Of a stretch of DNA of 64,000 nucleotides, positions 7,025 through 15,908 are shown one piece after another. The notes beneath the pieces are model-generated. The model saw nothing but the letters and a program-made list of their open reading frames with translations, was not told the DNA's origin and searched no databases. Source of the stretch: Arenicellales bacterium. Its GTDB lineage: Bacteria > Pseudomonadota > Gammaproteobacteria > Arenicellales > Poriferihabitantaceae. Position 1 is the first letter of the stretch, and every line of letters begins with the position of its first letter. The stretch is taken from the NCBI GenBank assembly GCA_963422685.1, contig OY730442.1:88460-152459 (forward strand), read 5' to 3'. A program made the position numbers and the translations under genes.

Positions 7025-8575
7025 GTGGCTAAAAAATCAATAGATAAATGGCAATTTGGTGACTTTCAGACACCTGTTGATCTTGCAAGAAAAGTTGTTG
7101 CGGTTCTAAAACGAAATCATGGGATTAATCCTGCTGTCATTATTGAGCCCACTTGCGGAAAAGGTGCGTTTGTCCGTGCCTCATATGAAGGTTTCAAGAA
7201 TTCTAATATTCTTGGCTTTGAAATTAATCCTGGGTATGTTGACGAAGCGAATTCGTCCCTGGGGGAAATTTCCGCAACAAATCGCGTGGCAATTAATAAA
7301 GCTGATTTTTTCGGTACTGACTGGAATAAAACTATATCTGAACTGCAAGGTTACATCCTTATAATAGGTAATCCTCCCTGGGTTACAAGCAGTGAGTTGG
7401 GTATTCTCAACAGCAAAAACCTTCCTGAAAAATCTAACTTTCAGAATCGGAAAGGTATTGAAGCTATTACAGGTTCAGGTAATTTCGATATTTCAGAATG
7501 GATGCTATTGCAACATGTTGATTGGCTATTAAATCGAGAAGGTGCCATAGCTTTTCTATGTAAGTATGCGGTTGCGCGTAAAGTAATGCGGCAAGTCAGG
7601 CAGCGCGCAGAACATCGTTTCTTCGGACATATCTATCCAATTGACGCGAAAGAGCATTTTGATGCAGCGGTAGAGGCTTGCCTTTTTATCTTGACAACAG
7701 ATACCGGAAATACTGATTGTGAAGTTTATGAATCATTAGAATCGATAGAACCTTCACATTTTATTGGTGAGAGAGACGGTTATATTGTCAGTGACATTAT
7801 TAATTACGAGAAGTGGAGGCACTTGACAGGGCAAGACCCAAGATACATTTGGCGCTCTGGAATAAAACATGATTGTTCAAAGATTATGGAGTTGGAATCA
7901 CTTGATGGTGGATACAAAAATGGACTTGGTGAGATTATCAAGTGTGAAGATGATTATATTTACCCTTTACTAAAGAGTTCGGATATTGGAAACGGAAGAA
8001 TAAAAGCATATAGAAAGGTAGTTTTAATAACTCAAAAGTCCGTTGGCGAAGATACTTCTGAAATCAAAAGAATCGCACCAAATACATGGAAATATTTGGT
8101 TGAACACCGGGAATATTTGGATAAACGCAGAAGTTCAATTTACAAAAACAAACCAGAATTTTCTGTGTTTGGTATAGGTGCTTACTCCTTTAAGCGATGG
8201 AAGATCGCAATTTCCGGCCTGTATAAAAAGCTGAAATTCAGTCTTGTCGGGCCATTAGATGGGAAAATTGTATCATTTGACGATACCATAAATTTTTTAT
8301 CATTTGATACCGAAGAAGAAGCTGTATTTATCTATCGCTTAATTACATCTACACCCGCTCTTGAATTTCTTGAGTCAATGATATTCTGGGATGAGAAGCG
8401 CCCGATCACCGCGCAAATCTTAAGAAGGCTATCAATTAAAGAAGTGGCGATAGAGCTTGGAGAGTTTTCACAATACCAAGAATGGGGACAAACTCAATTG
8501 AACACTTTTACTGGGCAAATGGAACTCGGAATTGCCGAAATAAACTCAAAATATAAGTCAAGGGCCAGCAGCTAA
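7025..8575 (+). CDS. N6-adenine DNA methyltransferase (gamma class, Eco57I/TaqI-like)
   Basis: Motif I VIIEPTCGKGAFV and motif IV IIGNPPWV. 516 aa. Confidence 0.85.
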   Translation: MAKKSIDKWQFGDFQTPVDLARKVVAVLKRNHGINPAVIIEPTCGKGAFVRASYEGFKNSNILGFEINPGYVDEANSSLGEISATNRVAINKADFFGTDWNKTISELQGYILIIGNPPWVTSSELGILNSKNLPEKSNFQNRKGIEAITGSGNFDISEWMLLQHVDWLLNREGAIAFLCKYAVARKVMRQVRQRAEHRFFGHIYPIDAKEHFDAAVEACLFILTTDTGNTDCEVYESLESIEPSHFIGERDGYIVSDIINYEKWRHLTGQDPRYIWRSGIKHDCSKIMELESLDGGYKNGLGEIIKCEDDYIYPLLKSSDIGNGRIKAYRKVVLITQKSVGEDTSEIKRIAPNTWKYLVEHREYLDKRRSSIYKNKPEFSVFGIGAYSFKRWKIAISGLYKKLKFSLVGPLDGKIVSFDDTINFLSFDTEEEAVFIYRLITSTPALEFLESMIFWDEKRPITAQILRRLSIKEVAIELGEFSQYQEWGQTQLNTFTGQMELGIAEINSKYKSRASS

Positions 8576-8903
8576 AATGTCCTTAATGCCAACCCCCCCC
8601 ACTTCCGACCTGAGCCGTTCGTTGCGGCGAAGACATTGAAATTTGTTCGCCACGTTGCTCATCGCACTGGCCTTCGCTGCTACCTATACCTCATCCGCAG
8701 GAGCCTTTTCTAAATCTGACCTCAAAACCATTCCGGTATTTGGCGGGGCGGTCTGGTCTGACGTGGTTCAATTTGTGCGCTTACTTTTGATGGAGCGAAG
8801 CGCAGACGCACAATTATGTTACCAGGCTATATGCGCTTTTCACGACGCTCGCAATATCTGCTACTCGGGGTAAAGAAGAAAGGAAACACCATCCGTCAGC
8901 TTG

Positions 8904-9605
8904 TCAGGCGCTTGCATTCTTTATTAAACCCGAATCTATGGGTTGATTTACTCCGCCATTCTGCATCGCAATATTCCTTGAGTCTTTAATGATCAATACA
9001 TGGAATTTTTTTGGGCCGTGGGCTCCATAGACAATGGTCTGCTCAATATCGGCGGTTTTTGAGGGGCCGGTTATAAAATTGACAGCGCGGGGTTGTTGTT
9101 TGACTAACGGCCAGAACTGTTCCATTGCGGGCACCAACCGGGATTCCGGCAGCACCACAATATTCACTTCCGGGAGAAAGTTCAGGGTCACCGGCGATTG
9201 CGCCGAGGACACCATTGCAATGGTTCCGGTTTCGGCAATTCCGGCATACGCCATGGTTACCGAAACACGATCCGGTTTTTCTGCTTTGCCCCAGGTCGCA
9301 TCCACACCGCTTTGCTGCCAGTGCAGCCTGGTTAGGTTCTCATCCGGGGCCGCAATTACCCGTAATTCCAGGTGAATGCCCTGCAAATAACACATGACAG
9401 CGTTTGGCACTTCATCCATATTCGCCAGAATATTCCAAGTGCCGTGGACTTGCTCCAACATCTGTAAAAAGTGCGCCGTTTTATTCGACCAGAAGTCCAC
9501 GTCATATTCCGGCGATGGAATTTGAATATTAAAATCGGGCGCTGCCTCCGCTGTAGATCCATTCCGGGCCTGAATTTCGGAAAGAATCGTTTGCCGCGCA
9601 CTCAT
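8904..9605 (-). CDS. lutC: lactate utilization protein C (LUD domain, YkgG family)
   Basis: GIAETGTIAMVS LUD-domain signature. Its start overlaps the lutB stop by 4 nt. Confidence 0.85.
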   Translation of the reverse strand: MSARQTILSEIQARNGSTAEAAPDFNIQIPSPEYDVDFWSNKTAHFLQMLEQVHGTWNILANMDEVPNAVMCYLQGIHLELRVIAAPDENLTRLHWQQSGVDATWGKAEKPDRVSVTMAYAGIAETGTIAMVSSAQSPVTLNFLPEVNIVVLPESRLVPAMEQFWPLVKQQPRAVNFITGPSKTADIEQTIVYGAHGPKKFHVLIIKDSRNIAMQNGGVNQPIDSGLIKNASA

Positions 9606-11056
9606 TTATTTTTAGCCCCGGATTTTTGCCGAACCTGCCAGAGATTCTGAAATGTAGTGCGGGCCGGTGCGGGAAAATCCCTGGTCATGGTCCAGGGCTG
9701 CGCCAGCGGCAGTCGGCCGAATCGCCCTTTTGGCAACCCGGTTGAAGATTTAATCCTGGCACATACCGCGAGCATTGAAATTAACATGCCGGTGATCTTG
9801 CGGTAGAGGCCGGGACGTTTTGCCAGGCTAAACCAGATTCGCAATCCCAGTTTACTCATCCAGGATGTATATCCTGAATCGACCAGGTCAGACCGATGCT
9901 GTCGAAGTAATTCCGGCAGCGGGATTTTCACCGGGCAGACGGTTTCACACCGACCATTCAGCGTGCATGCATTAGGCAGGTCCATGGCATTTTTTCGCCC
10001 GGCCAGGATGGGCGTAAGCACAGAGCCCATGGGACCAGGATATACCCAGCCATAGGCATGCCCGCCTATGCTGGTATAAACCGGGCAATGATTCAAACAG
10101 GCGCCGCAGCGAATACAGCGAAGAATTTCCTGATAGCGGCTATTGAGCAAATTTGAGCGACCGTTATCCAGTAGCAGCACATGAAATTCTTCCGGGCCGT
10201 CCACATCAATGGCGCGCTTCGGCCCGGAAAAAACAGAGGTATACACACTCATGATTTGCCCGGTGGCGCTGCGGCCCAGCAGCCGCAAAAATCCGCCCAG
10301 AGAAACCATGTCCGGGATTACCTTTTCAAGGCTGGCAATGACGATATGTACTGTGGGCAGCGTGGCGGTGAGGTCGCCATTACCCTCATTAGTTACGATC
10401 ACAGCTGAGCCAGTGTCGGCCACTAAAAAGTTCGCGCCGGTAATCCCTACATCGGCGCGGCAAAAATGGTCGCGCAGTATCTCCCGCGCCTGATTCACAA
10501 TATCCTCGTGCCTGGTCACTTTTCCGGCATAACCGAGTTTTGCATGATGCCGATGGAATAATTCGGTCACATCTTGTCTAGATTTATGCACCGCAGGCGC
10601 GATGATGTGGCTGGGTGATTCTTTCGCCAGTTGGATAATATATTCCCCCAAATCGGTCTCGACCACTTCATATCCCTGCTGTTCCAATGACTTGTTGGTT
10701 GCCGCTTCTTCGCTGACCATGGACTTTCCCTTGATGATCTTTTTGGCATTGGCCCGGGCGCAAATATCCAGGATTATATTGTTTGCTTCTTCGCCATTTT
10801 TTGCCCAATGCACCCGACCACCCTGCTCGATTACCTTGCGTTCGAATCGGCACAGGTAATAACCCAAATGTTTCAGGGTATGATCCTTAACCTGCTCGCC
10901 ATAACTGCGATACGCTGCAAAGTTTTTAAGTTTTGCAACGGAATTTTTTCGGGTGTTGACAAACCCGCCTTCGGCCCGGCCCAGCGCAGCGCGTAAATCA
11001 TCATTGAGTAATGCGGTTTTGGAAGCGGATCTAAATTCCCGGGACCGCACTTCCAT
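9602..11056 (-). CDS. lutB: lactate utilization iron-sulfur protein B (YkgF family)
   Basis: CIRCGACLNHCPVY and CTLNGRCETVCPV ferredoxin-type clusters plus a LUD domain. Start taken at the ATG (MEVRSREF...) that overlaps the lutA stop (TAATG). Confidence 0.9.
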   Translation of the reverse strand: MEVRSREFRSASKTALLNDDLRAALGRAEGGFVNTRKNSVAKLKNFAAYRSYGEQVKDHTLKHLGYYLCRFERKVIEQGGRVHWAKNGEEANNIILDICARANAKKIIKGKSMVSEEAATNKSLEQQGYEVVETDLGEYIIQLAKESPSHIIAPAVHKSRQDVTELFHRHHAKLGYAGKVTRHEDIVNQAREILRDHFCRADVGITGANFLVADTGSAVIVTNEGNGDLTATLPTVHIVIASLEKVIPDMVSLGGFLRLLGRSATGQIMSVYTSVFSGPKRAIDVDGPEEFHVLLLDNGRSNLLNSRYQEILRCIRCGACLNHCPVYTSIGGHAYGWVYPGPMGSVLTPILAGRKNAMDLPNACTLNGRCETVCPVKIPLPELLRQHRSDLVDSGYTSWMSKLGLRIWFSLAKRPGLYRKITGMLISMLAVCARIKSSTGLPKGRFGRLPLAQPWTMTRDFPAPARTTFQNLWQVRQKSGAKNK

Positions 11057-11844
11057 TACTCGGCCACTCCCGCAGCAGGTTTCCGGTTCAATAAAAGCTC
11101 GGCAAAGTGATATACCCGGACTGGTTTTGCACAACGCTTCAGCCTTCCCGCCAGGTGGATCAGGCATCCCAGATCACCACCAATCAGCACATCGGCGCCG
11201 GTTTTTTCAATTCCGCTGATTTTATTGTCCGCCAATCGAGTGGAAATTTCCGGATATTTGATGCAAAAGATTCCACCGAAGCCGCAGCAAATCTCTGAAT
11301 TGCTCATTTCTTCCACCACAATATCTGCATACTGCGCCAGCATTTTTCGCGGCTGTGCGCGAATACCCAGTTCTCGCAACCCGGAACAGGCATCATGGTA
11401 GGTGAATTTTTTATGTGAAAACGGATGTTTATCTTTTTCATCTTCATGCAAATCTGCCGTATCCGGTTCCACTTTCATTATATCCACCAAAAACTGCGAA
11501 AGCTCGAATGTTTTATCCGCCAGCGTCTGTGCACGCTGCGGCCAACCCGGGTCGTGCGCTAACAACTGCGGGTAATGCGCTTTAATCATCGCCGCGCAGG
11601 AACCGGATGGCGCCACCACATAGTCCAAACCCTCGAATTGGGCAATGACATTTTTCGCCAGTGCACGGGCTTTTGATCGATCGCCGCTGTTATAGGCCGG
11701 CTGGCCGCAACAACTTTGCGCCGGCACCGAAACCCTGCATCCGCTGTTTTCGATTAAATCCGCCGCGGCGAATCCTGTCTGAGGCCGCAACAAATCCACC
11801 AGGCAGGTAACAAACAGACCGACATGATGCCCGCTATTGGTCAT
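11056..11844 (-). CDS. lutA: lactate utilization protein A (Fe-S oxidoreductase with CCG domains, YkgE family)
   Basis: VGLFVTCLVDLLRP N-terminus with SCCGQPAYN and ICCGFGG CCG motifs. Start ATG 11844 overlaps the pyrF stop (ATGA). Confidence 0.9.
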   Translation of the reverse strand: MTNSGHHVGLFVTCLVDLLRPQTGFAAADLIENSGCRVSVPAQSCCGQPAYNSGDRSKARALAKNVIAQFEGLDYVVAPSGSCAAMIKAHYPQLLAHDPGWPQRAQTLADKTFELSQFLVDIMKVEPDTADLHEDEKDKHPFSHKKFTYHDACSGLRELGIRAQPRKMLAQYADIVVEEMSNSEICCGFGGIFCIKYPEISTRLADNKISGIEKTGADVLIGGDLGCLIHLAGRLKRCAKPVRVYHFAELLLNRKPAAGVAE

Positions 11845-12680
11845 ACTGAAAACGCATTGCGGTATTGATTTATTTCCCGGCAAATGCGTCGGGCCTGCTT
11901 TGCGGCGGCGTTGGGAAAATCCGCATCCTGACTTGCAAATATCACACTTCGGGATGCGTTGATTATCAATCCGGTTCGATTTGTCGTCAGGCCATTTTTA
12001 ACCACGCTTTTAATCTCTCCTCCCTGGGCGCCGATTCCGGGAATCAACAGCGGCATCTCGCCGACTATTTGTCGCACTTCGCCAATGGCGGGCGGGCAGG
12101 TCGCACCAACCACCAGGGCAACGTTATTATTTTTATTCCATTGCGCAGCGGCCAGATTCGCCACATGCGCATAAACCGGCTGGCCGCCGCTGGTCAATTG
12201 CTGAAAATCTCTGCTCCCGGGATTCGAGGTGCGGCACAGTACGATCACGCCGCGGTCCGCGTATCGTAAAAAAGGTGCAACAGTGTCACCACCCATATAC
12301 GGATTAACCGTTACCGCGTCCGCCTGATAGCGTTCAAAGGCTTCGAGTGCATACATGCGTGCGGTGGCGCCAATATCCCCGCGCTTTGCATCGAGAATAA
12401 CCGGAATGTCCGGGTATGCGGATTTTATGTATCGGATGGTTTTTTCCAACTGGGCTTCGGCGCCAAAAGCGGCATAACAGGCCACTTGGGGTTTGAATGC
12501 GCAGACCCATTGCGCGGTGGCATCAATAATTTCTTTATTGAATAAATATAGCGGCTGTTTGCCACTTTTTATTGATTTGGGCATTCTGTCGCTGTCCGGG
12601 TCCAGACCGACGCACAGCAAAGAATGCTGTTGCTCCCAGCGATTTGACAGTTTTTTATAAAAGCCTGACATTTGACCCAC
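11841..12680 (-). CDS. pyrF: orotidine 5'-phosphate decarboxylase, type 2
   Basis: LCVGLDPD and LDAKRGDIGAT motifs. 279 aa. Confidence 0.9.
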   Translation of the reverse strand: MGQMSGFYKKLSNRWEQQHSLLCVGLDPDSDRMPKSIKSGKQPLYLFNKEIIDATAQWVCAFKPQVACYAAFGAEAQLEKTIRYIKSAYPDIPVILDAKRGDIGATARMYALEAFERYQADAVTVNPYMGGDTVAPFLRYADRGVIVLCRTSNPGSRDFQQLTSGGQPVYAHVANLAAAQWNKNNNVALVVGATCPPAIGEVRQIVGEMPLLIPGIGAQGGEIKSVVKNGLTTNRTGLIINASRSVIFASQDADFPNAAAKQARRICREINQYRNAFSV

Positions 12681-12899
12681 AGAACAATCCGGTTTAATGG
12701 TGGTAACGCACTCAAAGTGGCGGATATTCTAACCTTTTGTCCCCGGGGAAAACGACGCAATTAACCAGGCGCCGGCATATGGCTGTGCTCCGCAATTGCG
12801 GGGTTCGCTTCCTGCAATCCTCGCGTATACTCGCAGACACAGCGGTTTCGCGCGGTGTGCTCCCCGGGGAAATCCTGATGAATCAACGCTCTTGTTGTA

Positions 12900-13003
12900 G
12901 CCATCGGCAACCAGATTCAATCATCATGAAAGATTGTCATATTGCTGTCCCAGTACTTGAACACCTGCGCCCAAAAATCCACCCAACGGCGCAGGGCTTC
13001 TCA
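12900..13003 (-). pseudogene. fragment of an MltD-paralog N-terminal region
   Basis: 12924-13000 matches 15598-15674 (inside mltD) at 64 of 77 nt by hand alignment. Translation ALRRWVDFWAQVFKYWDSNMTIFHDD* compares with mltD HRRVDFWVQVFRQWDSDVAIFHDPE. Confidence 0.5.
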
Positions 13004-13009
13004 GAATAA

Positions 13010-13822
13010 ATGCTGCCTTATATTCTCGAACCCGGCGAATTATCCGCGAAACTAAACGATAATCATCTTCTGGTTATAGACCTAGGAAGCGGCGAGCAAT
13101 ATCAGCACGGCCATATTCCAGGCGCGGTGCATTTAGACGTTGGAAAGCTTCGGCTCGGAAAACCGCCCGCGCCCGGTGTATTACCCGATCTAAAAGAACT
13201 TGAAAATACCTTTAAATTCATTGGGTTAAGTGAAAATAATCATGTGGTTACTTATGATCACGAGTTCAATGTCGGAGCCAGTCGGCTGTTGTGGACTCTG
13301 GAAGCGGCCGGGCACACTAGACATTCATTGTTGAATGGCGGAATGACCGCCTGGCGTGCGGCAGGTTTTGATTTGCAAATCGAACCAAATGTACCCGTCC
13401 CGGGAGATTTCAGACTGGTATTTGAACCGGATGTTCTGGCCGATAAACATTATGTGCTGGAGTCAATCACCAACCCGGATAGCGAAATTCTGGATGCACG
13501 CTCGCCGCAGGAATTTAATGGCATCAAGTCTCCATCACTGCGGCATGGTCATATCCCCGGCGCAAAAAACCTGAACTGGCTGGATACCATTGACCTGAAC
13601 AGCAGGAAATTCAAACCCCGCGACCAGCTAACGGCGCTGGTTCATCACCGTGGCTTTCCCAGCGATAAGGAAATTATCGTGCATTGCCAAACCCATCAGC
13701 GCTCTTCGCACAGCTTCGTCATGCTCCGCTCACTCGGATTCAAACGTATCAGAGGCTATGCCGGCTCCTGGTCCGAATGGGGAAACGATCCTCAATTACC
13801 CATCATTCAGGAGTCGGTTTAA
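13010..13822 (+). CDS. two-domain rhodanese (thiosulfate/3-mercaptopyruvate sulfurtransferase family)
   Basis: Tandem rhodanese domains with active-site loop CQTHQRSS and the HIPGA motif twice. 270 aa. Confidence 0.85.
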   Translation: MLPYILEPGELSAKLNDNHLLVIDLGSGEQYQHGHIPGAVHLDVGKLRLGKPPAPGVLPDLKELENTFKFIGLSENNHVVTYDHEFNVGASRLLWTLEAAGHTRHSLLNGGMTAWRAAGFDLQIEPNVPVPGDFRLVFEPDVLADKHYVLESITNPDSEILDARSPQEFNGIKSPSLRHGHIPGAKNLNWLDTIDLNSRKFKPRDQLTALVHHRGFPSDKEIIVHCQTHQRSSHSFVMLRSLGFKRIRGYAGSWSEWGNDPQLPIIQESV

Positions 13823-13991
13823 TCGGCCCCGGCCAGTTTGCCGGACACGGCCGCGCCTGAGTCTCGTCCTGAATCTGTAATAATCCTGGCAGGAATCTAC
13901 CGGATAACTTGCAGACTGCATCCATTAAAATGCGTCCCAACCTGCTTTTCCCCAATTTTGATCACAAAATTGCCCGATTGACCTGCACCAA

Positions 13992-15809
13992 TTATTCCAC
14001 CGTTTCTATGGTACCGGGCGCTTCCAGCCCCGGGATTTTCAGCTTCTGGCCGGGGAAAATTGTCGCCTTGCTGTTCAGGTTGTTAATGGCGATGAGTTCG
14101 GAGCAGCCTGCGCCATAGCGGCCAGCGATGGCACAGGCGAAATCACCTTTTCTAACCCGGTATAAATTGTTTTCATCCAGCCCGGATATGCGGTTCGATA
14201 TGCCCGGGATAATCAGTTTTTGATCAATGTAGATGGTTGCCTTGCGGCCCAGTTGATTCACGCGGGTCAACAAGCCGCAGCCGAGATTAAATCTTGCGGC
14301 GATGCCGCAGGCGGTGTCGCCCGTTTTTACCCGATATATTCGTTCCGATTGGGGTTGATTCGCCGCGACCAGTTGCCGGTTCGGGATCGCACTCGTTGTT
14401 TCTGCCGCCGCAACGGGTTTTTTCGGGATAGACAATGTCTGGCCAATTTTGATGACGGCTTTGTTCCCCAGCCGATTTGCATTGATTAATTCCCGGCAAT
14501 TTACTCTTAACGCTCTGGCGATGCCGCAGGCGGTGTCGCCTTTTCGCACCAGATAATTATCCGACCCCGGCGCAGTTATTTCCGGCGCCATGGCGGCCAG
14601 TTCTATTATCGCCGATTGGTATCCATCCTGCCGATACGGAAGTTTTAACCGATAACCGGCCGGAACCATTCTCCAGCCATGCCATACAAATCGGGTCAAT
14701 CCCGGATTCAGCGACTTTAAGGCCGACTCATCCACTTTGAAAACCGATTTTATTCTGGAGATAGAGGTGGCCTGTTTCAGCATCCGGGTCTGGTATCGAA
14801 TTTCTTCATCCTGAATAATGCTGCCAAAATACCTTTTCGCATTCAGGGTGACATGACGCGCGGCGAGAAAGCTGGCATAGAAGTTTTTAACAGCGACCCG
14901 AAAGCGGGGGGATTTGTAGTTTTGCAACACCGTCAGATAATCCGGTTTGATACTTGACATGGCCCGCCGCATACCATTTAACCCATAGTTATAGGAAGTA
15001 ATTACAAATGGATATATTTCCTCAGCGGTTATACTGGGATCAATGGACCGGGCCAGCTCTGTCAATGACGATCTGGATTTCACCAGATACCTCGCCGCCG
15101 CATGGGTTGACGCATCAGGGTCCAGTCTTTCATCCATGGCGGCATTCAATTCCAGTCCAAGCCTCCTCGCTGTCCCCGGCATGATCTGCCACATTCCCGC
15201 AGCGCCCGCTTTGGAATAAGCGACAGGGTTATAAGAGGATTCAACCAGGGGCAGGTAGCGAATTTCCCGGGGAAGATGGTATTGCTGCAGAACCGTGTCC
15301 ACCAGATAGTGATAGCGATTAAACCGCTGCAACCCTTTCAAAAAGCTGTCCCTGACGCCGCTTTGACAGCGAATACTGTTTGCAGCCTGGCGAATTTTCC
15401 TGGTATCTTGACTGCTAAACAACCCGGCCAGGTGGGCTTCATCTGAACCGAATTTGCCGCCCAAATCCATTTTATCCGCCACATTTTCGAGTGCTTTTTT
15501 TATCCTGTTTCTTTCCCTTTTTATCTTCCTCCTCGCCTTTCTGCCGCACCCGTTTCCAGTATCCAGGAGCGCATAAACCCGCTCCGGCACTTCCGGGTCA
15601 TGAAAGATTGCCACATCGCTGTCCCATTGCCTGAACACCTGCACCCAGAAATCCACTCGACGGTGCAGAGCTGCGGGGCATGGAAAGTTCTTGCTGCATT
15701 GTAAATCGTGCTGCGGAAGTAAATGATGTGCGTAAACAGCGTTTGCCGGTAACAGCGCAATAACCGGAATACAGGCTGAAGCGGCCAGCGCCAGACAAAG
15801 ATTTTTCAT
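13992..15809 (-). CDS. mltD: membrane-bound lytic murein transglycosylase D-like protein with three LysM repeats
   Basis: Signal peptide, SLT catalytic region LPLVESSYNPVAYSKAGAAGMWQIMPGTA, and three C-terminal LysM repeats (YRVKTGDTACGIAARF... and two others). Confidence 0.8.
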   Translation of the reverse strand: MKNLCLALAASACIPVIALLPANAVYAHHLLPQHDLQCSKNFPCPAALHRRVDFWVQVFRQWDSDVAIFHDPEVPERVYALLDTGNGCGRKARRKIKRERNRIKKALENVADKMDLGGKFGSDEAHLAGLFSSQDTRKIRQAANSIRCQSGVRDSFLKGLQRFNRYHYLVDTVLQQYHLPREIRYLPLVESSYNPVAYSKAGAAGMWQIMPGTARRLGLELNAAMDERLDPDASTHAAARYLVKSRSSLTELARSIDPSITAEEIYPFVITSYNYGLNGMRRAMSSIKPDYLTVLQNYKSPRFRVAVKNFYASFLAARHVTLNAKRYFGSIIQDEEIRYQTRMLKQATSISRIKSVFKVDESALKSLNPGLTRFVWHGWRMVPAGYRLKLPYRQDGYQSAIIELAAMAPEITAPGSDNYLVRKGDTACGIARALRVNCRELINANRLGNKAVIKIGQTLSIPKKPVAAAETTSAIPNRQLVAANQPQSERIYRVKTGDTACGIAARFNLGCGLLTRVNQLGRKATIYIDQKLIIPGISNRISGLDENNLYRVRKGDFACAIAGRYGAGCSELIAINNLNSKATIFPGQKLKIPGLEAPGTIETVE

Positions 15810-15908
15810 TTTTCGGGCATATACAGTATTGAGTGGGAAACAAATAATGGATTTAAATTTGACGGGTGCAGTGGTTACGCATTATAACCGCTGATAAATG
15901 ACCTTGAA

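Noticed and set aside
8643-8873. 76-aa ORF at the right edge of the island
   Set aside because: It has no ribosome-binding site, no motif and no supporting context, so it is not reported as a gene.
12737-13009. 90-aa ORF on the + strand upstream of the rhodanese gene
   Set aside because: Its 3' part is the antisense of the mltD-paralog fragment, which explains the open frame.
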